A stretch of DNA of 64,000 bases, taken from contig CBDBLO010000002.1 in assembly GCA_965207075.1 (NCBI GenBank), positions 1,024,001 to 1,088,000 of the forward strand, given 5' to 3'. Of this stretch, positions 9,350 to 18,811 are shown one piece after another. Source of the stretch: Nitrosopumilus sp. (GTDB lineage Archaea > Thermoproteota > Nitrososphaeria > Nitrososphaerales > Nitrosopumilaceae). The translations under genes were made by a program, and so were the position numbers. The notes under the pieces were generated by a model. That model was not told where the DNA came from and ran no database searches. It was given only the letters and a program-made list of their open reading frames with translations. How positions within the stretch are numbered: the stretch's first letter is position 1; the number at the start of each line of letters is the position of its first letter.

Positions 9350-10213
9350 GTGACGGCCTTGAATGAACCCGCTCTGGAATCTACGACATCCCCCGGTCCC
9401 GCCGATACGCTTGCCAAGACTCTCTGCCGCATAAAGCGGGACTTGGCATCGTCACGGCCCGCAGCCCAGATTGCGGAGGCAGTACCCGCCGTGCCTTCAG
9501 ACGAATTCCAGATACCCAAGGATGATCTTCAACTGCTGCACAGATTCGCATCTGAGAACCCTATCTATCGAGATTCGCATGAGTCCGTATTGCACGGCAT
9601 ACGGTGCATTGTATACGAGGGTGATGCCAACAAATACTGGCTTGGGAGCATACTACACGAGGCGAGTCGCGCGCCGTTTTCGCCCACGTGGATTGCGTCC
9701 GCATACGTGTTGGCGCGGTTCGTCAAAGGCCTTGGATACCATCAGGTCGTAGATGTGGGTTCTGGAGATGGGCGGATTGCATTCTGCGCGTCCGTGCTCG
9801 GTATGGATGCCCATGGCATCGAGATAGACACGGAGTTGGCGGGGCTCCAGAAGCGGCTCTCCCGCCTGTCCAGCTTTGAGGCTCACTGCATCGACGCAAC
9901 AGAATTTGACTATGCGATGATGAATTCCGACCTTCCTGCAGTGGTCTTTGTGGGAGGCCTTGCTCAGATGGGTGGCGATATTATGGCATCTGGAATAATG
10001 GACAGGCTTGCAGCAGCAGGGCACAAGATGCCGGGGTGGGTGTTTGCCGGAACAATATCCCCCAAGTATGCCCCCGATCCGGAGGGGATGCACGGATGGG
10101 GGAAGACTATGAGGCGCGCCGGGCTGCGACATGCCGCAACCGTGGCATTGCCGTCTGCCTGGACGTTTAACCAGACAGACGACACGCAGTATGTTTTTGC
10201 CTCGAAGCCGTAA
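9350..10213 (+). CDS. Class I SAM-dependent methyltransferase-like protein
   Basis: VVDVGSGDGRIA motif I, GIEID motif II. Confidence 0.75.
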   Translation: MTALNEPALESTTSPGPADTLAKTLCRIKRDLASSRPAAQIAEAVPAVPSDEFQIPKDDLQLLHRFASENPIYRDSHESVLHGIRCIVYEGDANKYWLGSILHEASRAPFSPTWIASAYVLARFVKGLGYHQVVDVGSGDGRIAFCASVLGMDAHGIEIDTELAGLQKRLSRLSSFEAHCIDATEFDYAMMNSDLPAVVFVGGLAQMGGDIMASGIMDRLAAAGHKMPGWVFAGTISPKYAPDPEGMHGWGKTMRRAGLRHAATVALPSAWTFNQTDDTQYVFASKP

Positions 10214-10467
10214 CGGCGTGCAGATTGGGATCATCATACCCGATTCTAGTTAATGATATCATTGAGTCTGTCCGCCCGGCGCGCGCCATTTACGTATCGG
10301 CCGCGCCACCGTTGTTGATCTGGACGAATCCGATTTGTTGAATTCGGCCCCATTTTCTCGATTTGAGAACAAGATCCGGTACCTGCATGCGCCGTGATAA
10401 CAGTGTCGATCTATGCCCGCACGCCTGATCAGCAATTTACATTAAGCGCGTCTTATGGCCCCATAAC

Positions 10468-10542
10468 GGACTCGTTGCATAGCATGGATAGTGCGAACGC
10501 TTGCGGAGCGTTAGGTCGCCGGTTCGAATCCGGTCGGGTCCG
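10468..10542 (+). tRNA. tRNA-Arg(GCG)
   Basis: Acceptor GGACTCG/CGGGTCC, anticodon arm AACGC-TT-GCG-GA-GCGTT, T-loop GTTCGAATC. Confidence 0.93.
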
Positions 10543-10652
10543 CTTCCACTCCTGGTTTGGATCCTGTGAGCTGCGATGACGCGCCCGTCAGGCCGCGAGG
10601 CTACAAATTGAGTCCCGTGCAAGCATCGCGTCTATTACCTCGCAGGATGTGG

Positions 10653-11160
10653 CTAGTTGTCTAGCGCTGCTGCTGCTGTTGTTGTTGCTAGACCTGTCAT
10701 ATTGTTGGCGCCCTGCATGACGCGGAGCGCCTCTAGCATCAGGTCCATCTGCTCTGACGTCACTTTGTGTATCGTGTGGTGCATCTCCTCTTTCTGCTCC
10801 AGTACGGGATCTTTGTCCGTCATCGTGTTTTCGAGGTCGAGTAACTCTTCATATCTTGCAAAGGATTCTCGCATCTCCAGCAGCAGAACCTCTGGCAGCA
10901 TACCCTTGTTTGTGGTGTATTTTGACCCCATCGATCCCTTGCGCCCTGTAAAGAACATTCGAAAGTCGTGTGCAATCTTGCCTTTGGACTCTGCTACCAG
11001 CAGCTCGGTATCAAAGTAGGCGCGCAGGATGCACGGCCTTCACGAAAAGCGGGGGTGAAACACCACCCGTATCTCCTTGCCGATGTGCTGCGGGGGCAGG
11101 AACGCCTTGCCGCTGTCTGCACCTCTGTCGGTCTTGTATCTGTGGCCCGGCGCAATCATT
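10653..11160 (-). pseudogene. Decayed tyrosine integrase (C-terminal half)
   Basis: Frame reads MIAPGHRYKTDRG..FLPPQHIGKEIR..PRFS*RPCILRAYFDTELLVAESKGKIAHDFRMFFTGRKGSMGSKYTTNKG; in-frame TGA at 11040-11042; expected MGH altered to TGR; adjacent to tRNA 3' end. Confidence 0.8.
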
Positions 11161-11495
11161 GCAAGTTGCTTGCTCAGGCGCGCCTTGCACGCCCCGCCTC
11201 CGGCAGGGTGCCGCATGCGGCAAGAGGGTTCCGATCAGGGCGGCGCCAGCGACGACGGGGCGCGCGGTTGCAGTGTGGCGGGCATGTGGACTGCACGGGC
11301 GCCGGAACGCAACGCGGCCGCGACGTCGCGGACCAACCGGATCGTGTCTGCTCCCTGTTCCCGCATCTCCACACTGCGGTTGCGCCGCGGGTACCCATCT
11401 AGGACCGCAAGCGTGATCCGGAACGGCAGTTCATACAGATAAGCGGCTGCGCGCAAGGCCTCCTATGACGAGTTAAAATAAAAAAAGTGGTTGGA

Positions 11496-11624
11496 CTACG
11501 CTCTTGCAGTCACACAGATCTCTGTAGCGCATTCACACGCTGTCGAATCGCAACCGCACTCGGTCTTTGGCGCGCAGTTACATTCGCTGTTGGCCGCGAT
11601 TTGCTCGGCACATGAGTCTACCAT
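11496..11624 (-). CDS. Metallothionein-like peptide (42 aa, 8 Cys; not in ORF track)
   Basis: MVDSCAEQIAANSECNCAPKTECGCDSTACECATEICVTARA; TTTTAAAA box about 25 nt upstream; T-tract terminator right after stop. Confidence 0.7.
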   Translation of the reverse strand: MVDSCAEQIAANSECNCAPKTECGCDSTACECATEICVTARA

Positions 11625-11782
11625 GCATGTACATGCATTTGGTATATTTTAAAAGTTTTGGACTCTGGCTCTTGCGAATTCGGAATCCGTCAAACGACAG
11701 AACTGCATTATTGCACGTACATTGTGACACTATGTATTGGCATATTATTGTGGCAATTGATGTATGCGCCAATATTAATAAT

Positions 11783-11939
11783 AATAATGGGATTGATCAT
11801 AGGTATCAATTAATAAAAATGGGACTAATCATGGTATCAATTAATAATAATAGAGTTAATCATAGTATCAATTAGTAATAATAGAGTTAATCATAGTATC
11901 AATTAGTAATAATGGGACTCACCATGTGTGTTGATTAAT
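11783..11939. repeat. AT-rich 31-bp tandem repeat, 5 units
   Basis: Consensus AATAATRGRRYTAATCATRGTATCAATTART; units 3 and 4 (11846-11876, 11877-11907) identical. Confidence 0.9.
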
Positions 11940-11981
11940 AAACGCAAAGATATAAAATATGAAGCGGAAGTATCCGTCAGC

Positions 11982-12452
11982 ATGATAAGTGAAGGTGACA
12001 CGGTACCGTCCTTTGAACTCCCGGATTCTCCAGGGACACTCAAAAGCTCCAAGGATTTTGCAGGCAAGAAGCACGTGATCTATTTTTACCCAAAGGACTT
12101 TACGCCGGGCTGCACCATCCAGGCCGACGAGTTTGGAAGTCTGTATGATGAATACCAGCGCCGCGACATAGAGGTTGTCGGGATCAGTCCGGACAGCGTC
12201 GAGTCGCATGAAAAATTCCGCGAAAGGAAGAAGATTCAGTACGTGCTGATGGCAGACACGCAGCATGAGGTGGCAAAAATGTTCGGAGTGTGGGGCATGA
12301 AAAAGGTCGGAGACAAAGAGCGCGAGGGAGTGATAAGAAGCTCGTTTCTCGTAGGAGAGGACGGGATCATATTCAAAGCATATACCAAGGTAAAGCCGAC
12401 GGGACATGCAAGCCAGATCCTAGACGACTTTGACGGCGCCGCCTCTTCTTGA
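11982..12452 (+). CDS. bcp: Peroxiredoxin Q/BCP, 1-Cys type
   Basis: YFYPKDFTPGCT; only one Cys in the protein; TATAAAA at ~11951. Confidence 0.92.
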   Translation: MISEGDTVPSFELPDSPGTLKSSKDFAGKKHVIYFYPKDFTPGCTIQADEFGSLYDEYQRRDIEVVGISPDSVESHEKFRERKKIQYVLMADTQHEVAKMFGVWGMKKVGDKEREGVIRSSFLVGEDGIIFKAYTKVKPTGHASQILDDFDGAASS

Positions 12453-12625
12453 TTAAAATAGGAAAAATGGCGGCATTTCGACTTTCTGAAGTGAACTTGG
12501 GCGCGAAATGAGTGTCTGTGGTCTGTCTTGCCTGTGACACACATGCGAATGGGTCGGCCGTACATGCGGCGTGCGCCGTTGCGGGGCTCAAGTATCTGCA
12601 CCTATAAAAATATTTGATCGGGTTT

Positions 12626-12985
12626 CTAAAGTGTATTGTATGAAAATGATTTCGCCTCGTCGTTGGTGTCCTTCTCCGTCCATTTCGGGTTGCTCCCCAT
12701 GACCGTATTCGATGCCTTTTTGTTGTGAAGCGCCTGCAGCGGGATCTCGCCCATGCCTGTGTCAAGGAACCAGCGCAACCACTTCTCGTTATGATACGCG
12801 ACAAACTCCGACAGGCTCCCAAAGCTGTGCAGACCATCTTCAAGTATGTGGTGGGGCCGCTCGGACCCGCCTCCACTCTGGGCTCGGGCCCTGCGTGATG
12901 TCCTCTGATAATGCACCTATCCATCAGCACATCTACGAATCTGCAACTGCGCGCATCCATTCGTTCTCACAGCCGGATATGACTA
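12626..12985 (-). pseudogene. IS481-like transposase C-terminal remnant
   Basis: Degenerate ..ER.HHILEDGL.SF.SLSEFVAYHNEK..W.LD....EIPLQA..NK......NPKW. Confidence 0.6.
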
Positions 12986-12989
12986 GCTG

Positions 12990-13190
12990 CTGAGTGCGTG
13001 CACCGGGCCTGTCATATTGCCGGCGCTCTGCATGGTGCGCACCCCTGGCACTAGGCTCATCTGCTCTGGCGTCGCCCTGTGTGTCGTGTGGCCCATCTCT
13101 TGCTTCTGCTCCGGTACGTAATCCTTGTCTGCTGCCACGCTATCAAGGTCGGGGAGCTCTTCGAACCTTGCAAACGTATTGCGCGCCTCC
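12990..13190 (-). pseudogene. Second integrase C-terminal remnant
   Basis: RNTFARFEELPDLD...DKD.V.EQKQEMGHTTHRATPEQM...MQSAGNMTG aligns with RESFARYEELLDLE...DKDPVLEQKEEMHHTIHKVTSEQM...MQGANNMTG at 10690-10875. Confidence 0.75.
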
Positions 13191-13388
13191 TGTTGGTGTC
13201 CGAATACTATCCTACGTTCACCGACCTGAGAAGTATCGTGTCCGAATACTCCCATACACCGAAGCTCGAGATTGACATGCGCGTGTATCATGACATGGGC
13301 CGTGCCAACATTCAAGATCTTTTGGCCTTAGCTATGAGCCCCGGGTATTCCGCAGCCTAATAAAAAAAAGAAAAGTCGAAGAAAAGAC

Positions 13389-13712
13389 TTAGGAAGCCTT
13401 GTATTCGTTGCAGTCGCATGCAGGCGCACTGTCCGCTCCACATATGTCATCGGCGGAGCCGTGCGTGCACGCTCCTGTTTCGTATGCCGTTGCCTCGTGG
13501 TGGTGCGACTCGGTATGCCCACAGTCACCGCAGTCGTCAGTGTTGTCGCCCTTGGTAAAGGTAGAGCACTCACACTCGCTTGCGGCGGTTTGCCCGCAGT
13601 TGTCACTGCTAGAGCCGTGTGTGCACGCGCCGTCGGCCATAGAACCGGCGTGGTGATGAGCTTCACTGTGTCCGCACTCACACGCGTCGGCCGTTGCTGC
13701 CATAGTTGACAT
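13389..13712 (-). CDS. Cys/His-rich two-repeat metal-binding protein
   Basis: Two units of C-x(1-2)-CGH-x-E-x-HHH...GACTHGS..D.CG....C-x-C; TATA-like ~13735-13746; long T-tract downstream. Confidence 0.75.
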   Translation of the reverse strand: MSTMAATADACECGHSEAHHHAGSMADGACTHGSSSDNCGQTAASECECSTFTKGDNTDDCGDCGHTESHHHEATAYETGACTHGSADDICGADSAPACDCNEYKAS

Positions 13713-14280
13713 GGCCTTTGGCATGCGCATGGCCTTAAAAATATACTTGCCGCGTTCTGGTTTTTGTATTATGCAATAGTTAATTTTTAATTAATTGTTA
13801 TTCATATGGGGCTATTTTATATCAACATCCTGAAAGTTGAAGGCGCGCGCCGCGCCCTGAATTTTTCCCGCGACAGTCCGGGCGACTGCCCTGCCCGCAG
13901 GCCGTGACGCCGGCGTCTGCGCCTGGCACGGCCGTCTTGTCTGAGCGTGCAACTTTTGTATCAAAAACCCACAAGGCTGGGTGGTTGCCGGAGTGACTGT
14001 GCAGTGGTTTGAACAAGGATCCGGCAATGCTGCAGACGCATCTGCGATCCAAAGCTCACACGTATCGTGACGTTTTCCTGTTGGCGTATTTGAATATGAG
14101 CTGATTTGACTGCAAGCTCGGCCAGCGGCACGTATCTGCTCGCAGCGTGGCCCTCACTGTGCTGTAGTTGGTGAACGCGCCAGACATCGTCCCCTGGGAC
14201 GCCCGTGACGATTCCGGATCCGACGGCCAGACGTGCCCCGCCCTGAACCTTTCGTGTAAGGATCCAAGCGTCATCTATGT

Positions 14281-15603
14281 GGCTGCATCCGGCGGTTATA
14301 TACTCGATTAAGTGGATAGGTTAGAATCTGCAACGTCAAAAAATTTTACAATATGCTTTGCTTTTCTAAAAACTGCGCATATAGATCAGCGGATCTGATC
14401 ATGTCCAGTGACCTCAGAGGAGAAGCGTGATCAGCGGGCGTACGACCTGGTAAAGGGGCACCTCTCGGGACTGATACTCAACACCATGGTCAGGATCGTG
14501 GGCGAGCTTGACGCACCCTACGTAAACAGGCCCGGAATAGGCGGCCCCCGGGGATATCCGCCCAGGGCCATGGCCGTCGCGTGCATGATACGGGACGCCG
14601 AGAGGAAGACGTTTCACGTGGCCGCGTCGTATTTGCGCGCCCACCCGGACGTGGCCGAAAGGATCGGGTTTGGGCCCGGCGGCACGCCCGGGGCGAGCAC
14701 CATCAACGACGCCTACGCCAGGATACCGGAGTCGTACTTTTACGAGGTGCACAGGAGGGTGGCGTCGGGGCTGGAGCGCGGCAGGGTGCACGCCGGCGAC
14801 GCCACGGGCGTCGCGGAGCGCAGGTCCGACAGGTGGGTCGACTTCAGGACCGACAGGGTCAGGCACAGGAAGGGCTGGATCAAGCTGCACGCCGTAGTAG
14901 ACGTCGGGTCGCGCGTAATCACCGACTATTTCGTGACCCGGAGCCGCGTCTCGGACATCGCGGGCATGCGCACCCTGCTTGACCGGTTCGGGCCGTGCCT
15001 GGACGCGGACGGAAGCGCGGACTTTTGCCTGGACTCGGCGTATTTGGCAAGGGAGATGTGCAGCCGGCTTGCCGGCATGGGGTTTGCGCCGTACATCAAG
15101 CCCAAGAAGAACACGTCGCACAACGCCCGCGGCAGCCGGCCGTGGCGCGTGATGGTGGACCTGTACAACGACGACCTGCCCGAGTTCAAGCGGCACTACC
15201 ACCAGCGCAGCGTCATAGAGGCCGTGTTCGGGGCAATCAAGACCATGTACGGCAGCTACGTCACGTGCAGGCGGAAGGACAACCAGCGCAGGGAGATGGC
15301 GGCCCGCATCATATGCTACAACATCGAGCTGATCGCGCGGCACGATGTAAGGAGCGGCAGGCTTACGCGCCAGTCGCTCGAGGCCGTTGCGGCCTAGAGC
15401 ATGCATTTAGTGACCTCCGAAGAGAATGCATGCGGAGCGCAGCCTGCGCACGGTTGGTTGGACTGTACGCCGTTTAACCTTTTTTGAAGGGGTTTTTGCG
15501 TGTCTTGTGCAGTGACTCCCACCGGAGCGCAAATCTCCGTTCTTCATATGGTCAAATTGGAACCGCGGTTGTTCGACGTGGTATATAACCGCCGGATGCA
15601 GCC
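14281..15603 (+). mobile_element. Complete IS5-like insertion sequence (1323 bp)
   Basis: Perfect 23-bp TIR GGCTGCATCCGGCGGTTATATAC (14281-14303 / 15581-15603); 10-bp TSD TCATCTATGT (14271-14280 / 15604-15613). Confidence 0.95.
14408..15397 (+). CDS. DDE transposase (IS5/IS4 superfamily)
   Basis: GDATG, WIKLHAVVD, LDSAY, YHQRSVIEAVFGAIK. Confidence 0.92.
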   Translation: MTSEEKRDQRAYDLVKGHLSGLILNTMVRIVGELDAPYVNRPGIGGPRGYPPRAMAVACMIRDAERKTFHVAASYLRAHPDVAERIGFGPGGTPGASTINDAYARIPESYFYEVHRRVASGLERGRVHAGDATGVAERRSDRWVDFRTDRVRHRKGWIKLHAVVDVGSRVITDYFVTRSRVSDIAGMRTLLDRFGPCLDADGSADFCLDSAYLAREMCSRLAGMGFAPYIKPKKNTSHNARGSRPWRVMVDLYNDDLPEFKRHYHQRSVIEAVFGAIKTMYGSYVTCRRKDNQRREMAARIICYNIELIARHDVRSGRLTRQSLEAVAA

Positions 15604-15613
15604 TCATCTATGT

Positions 15614-15807
15614 GGGAACTTTATAAGGAATGTGGCGGTTTTCGTACTGGGATGCATAGCACGCGCTAGGTTTGGTTCCTCTTTAGGATGAGTCGGATAC
15701 GTATCTATGCGGGCATGAATCCCAATACCATGCTTCATCCATTTGCCAGGGTATCAATGCAGTTAGCTAACCGGGCATGCAGTCCCACACGCTTGCCGCA
15801 TAACTCC
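15614..15807 (-). ncRNA. Candidate bridge/seek RNA in the IS110 downstream non-coding end
   Basis: ~195 nt after the transposase stop; nested stems GTATTGGGAT/ATCCCAGTAC, GCATAG/CTATGC, TCCT-AAAG-AGGA, CATGC/GCATG with internal loops. Confidence 0.5.
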
Positions 15808-17067
15808 CTAACCATGATTCTTCACGTTTCGTGATCCCTTCTTCCTGGGTTCGCGGTATGTGCTCTTCCTCCCCTCTTCCACACACGTCCAAAAGTCAGT
15901 CTCCTTCTTTAACATCCAGAATGCGATCCTGAGCATCTTGGCCGCCGCCGCGACCTTTGCCTTTGAGCTGCCGCGCTTTTTGCTGAGCCGCTCGTAAAAC
16001 TCGCTGATCGGGGTGGACACCTTCCTGTTCCTTGCAAACGTTACGTGCACTATCACGGCCTCCGCAAGCAGGTGCCTCACCAGCGAGTTTCCAGTCTTTG
16101 TTATGCGTCCATGGTGGACGGTACTGGCGGAGTTTCTCACTGATGGGACCAGTCCGAAGTATGAGGCAAGGTGATCCATGTCAGAAAACCTTGAGATGCC
16201 GCCGATTTCAGACGCCAGCGCGAGCGCAACGACATTGCCTATTCCGGGCATCGTCTTGAGAATTCTGGCGTTCCTGTTTTTCGACACCGCGTCCCGGATC
16301 CTGTTGTCGCAGTCCGTTATGTCCTGGTCTAGGAACGCTATCGCCCTGATGTGCTTTTCTATCCTCCAGTCGTCAAGCTTGTGGAGTTCGCGTACGTATT
16401 GCGACGAAAACGGCTGTCCCGGTATCTTGATTCCCTCCTGCAGCAGTATCGCATGGACGCCGTTCTTGATCCTGGTTCTCTCCTTCACCACCTTGTCCCT
16501 GTACCTGATCAGCTGTCTCTCCTTCACTGTCTTTTCATCAGGTACATAGCATCCAGCAATATAGCCGCCCCGAAGCAGGTCGGCCAGTACCTCCGCGTCC
16601 ACCTTGTCCGTCTTCTTTTTTGACGCGGCGATTCGCTTTGTCGCAAGCGGGTTTGACAGCATGACGTCCAGATTCAGCTTATTTCTGAGAAACCTGTACA
16701 TGCCGTACCACACGGAGGATGACTCCAGCACGCATCTTGAGTTTGCCGGAAGCTTGGAGAACTCTTTCACAACATCCTTGGGATCACACTCCACCCTCTT
16801 GTTCTGGAGAACCTTCCCACCCGACTCCATCAGCGCCACCTGCATGAACTTCTTGTGCAGGTCAATTCCGACGAAATATTCTGGATTGCTGCCCGGGGCC
16901 TCTGCGCAGACCGTCCCGGCAGCCCGCGCCTTCTTCGTCTTGCCCGTACCTGCAACCTTCACGGGCTCACTTTTTTCTATCCCTAATCTTTTCGTTTGCA
17001 TTTTGGCCCTGCGCCGATCACGGCGAATACCATCTGATTTCCGGCCTTGTCGTACTTTGTCTGCCAC
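15808..17067 (-). mobile_element. IS110-family (DEDD) recombinase/transposase
   Basis: YFVGIDLHK, VLESS, KTDKVDA, MPGIG HhH, SYFGLVPSVRNS, GRITKTG; true start may be MQTK or later. Confidence 0.95.
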
Positions 17068-17442
17068 ATATGGTTAGTTCTATTGCGGCGCCTTGTACCT
17101 GGCATGCCGGCGCGCAAGCCGGAGGCCTTGGTGGCCGCGCCGGACCGCCTGCAGGCGTACTGGTTTCTGTGGCGGCCCGGAGCGTCCGCAATTCTCGACG
17201 GTTGGCCTCGCGGTGACGTCGCGCTTAGCACGTGGCGCGCCATTCGCGCATGGACGCGCTTGGCACAGTTGGCAGTAGGCTCTCGCCCCCTCCACTCCAT
17301 TGTTACATGGAATGGGTTGTGCCACTCCGCGCATCTCGCAGGGCCCGGCCCTGCCACTTGCGGAATCGGGGTATGATTCACAAAAGTTGGACAGCGCCGG
17401 ACATGGAAAAATCGCTAAATAGTGTGGTGCCGCGATAAGGGC

Positions 17443-18648
17443 GTGAACCGGCGGGACAGGGTGATATTCGTGGCCGTACCGGTCGCGACTGCACTGGCAT
17501 TGGGAGGCGCCTTTTTTGCGCTTGCTGGCGACTCAAACGACGTTCTGGATGTAGGCGAACCGGTACTGCCAGAGGCGTTAAGCCAGGAGACGAACTACCC
17601 GTCCGGGAATAACCCCACCATCAAGGTCACTGGCAGCTCCGTGATGATGCTGGAGCCCGATCAGGCAACTATAGGAATCGTTATGAGATCGCAGCCAATG
17701 AACATTACAAGCGCCTTGGCGCAGCAGGAGCAGGAAACCGAGAACCTCGTCGGCGCGATAAGGGGTGCCTTGGGAGAAGAGGACGACTCCACCGAGATCG
17801 AGCAAGGATCATTCGGGCTTCGCCAGTACTACATCGGACAGGAGTCATACTCTAGCATCGAGATGTTCACCGTTCGCTCCACGGTGTCGATCGAGACTGA
17901 CATCGAGCAGTTCTCCAAGGTGGTAAGCCGGCTGACAGGCGAGGGCTATACCTTTGAGAGCGTCTATGCGGGCCCCCGGTTCCAAAGTTCGTTTGCGCTT
18001 GCATCTGGGCCCTTGGGCGCGGCAGACGCCGCGACCGGGGCTGCCGGGGACGAACCGGGAGGCAGCGGAGAAACAGAGGACGAATACGGCCAGATAACAC
18101 TGAACGTTGCCATATCGGCGAGGCCAGCGCCCATTGACGAGGCGGTGGAAGTATATGAGGAGAAGCACCAGAGGCTGCTACAAATCTTGGTCGAGGAGAT
18201 GGGCACGCCCCTTGAAAAGATACAGCCGGCAAGCGTCAACATCGACCCGCTGTACCACGGGCCGCCGAATCAGGACCTGCTCTACACCTACTACTCCCAG
18301 ATCCTCGTAAACACGAGCCCGGAAAATATTGCTAGGATAATATCGGCAGTAGATCCGTACGACGTATTCGTCGAGGATGTCCACATTACCATATCCGATA
18401 AGCAGCTGGCTGGGATTGAGGGGGATCTCAACTTGGCGGCATTCAACAACGCAAAGACAAAGGCCGAGGAGATTGCCGGAATGACCGGACTCGGGATCGG
18501 TGGCGTCCAAAGTATTGAAAGTGTAACGGAGCCGATAGAGCAGCGGAGGGCGTTTTATGGCAACCTGTACAGCGCCGACTCGTGGAGGTACGCGGACACG
18601 TGGAAGGTTGGGGCCACCGTCACGGCAGAGTTCGAGCTGACAAAGTAG
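17443..18648 (+). CDS. Membrane-anchored SIMPL (DUF541) protein
   Basis: N-terminal TM, TIKVTGSS..LEPDQA, AFNNAKTKAEEIA..GLGIGGVQSI, ATVTAEFEL. Confidence 0.8.
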   Translation: MNRRDRVIFVAVPVATALALGGAFFALAGDSNDVLDVGEPVLPEALSQETNYPSGNNPTIKVTGSSVMMLEPDQATIGIVMRSQPMNITSALAQQEQETENLVGAIRGALGEEDDSTEIEQGSFGLRQYYIGQESYSSIEMFTVRSTVSIETDIEQFSKVVSRLTGEGYTFESVYAGPRFQSSFALASGPLGAADAATGAAGDEPGGSGETEDEYGQITLNVAISARPAPIDEAVEVYEEKHQRLLQILVEEMGTPLEKIQPASVNIDPLYHGPPNQDLLYTYYSQILVNTSPENIARIISAVDPYDVFVEDVHITISDKQLAGIEGDLNLAAFNNAKTKAEEIAGMTGLGIGGVQSIESVTEPIEQRRAFYGNLYSADSWRYADTWKVGATVTAEFELTK

Positions 18649-18811
18649 CCTTCCCGTTCGGAGAGGACAGTCTGCAGATGGGCCTGGGGATCTGCGCTCC
18701 GACTGTCTCGCCGCTGGCTGATTTTTACAACAGCCGGTTCCATACACTACGATAGATGGCATAGCGGCTACTGCTGCAACAATTGCGGCCGTCTCCGTCG
18801 CTGCGTCCGCG

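Noticed and set aside
11783-11939. CRISPR array
   Set aside because: Units are directly adjacent with no unique spacers, and there are no cas genes in the window
14056-14274. 72-aa ORF starting within the TSD
   Set aside because: No motif or promoter; probably eroded sequence
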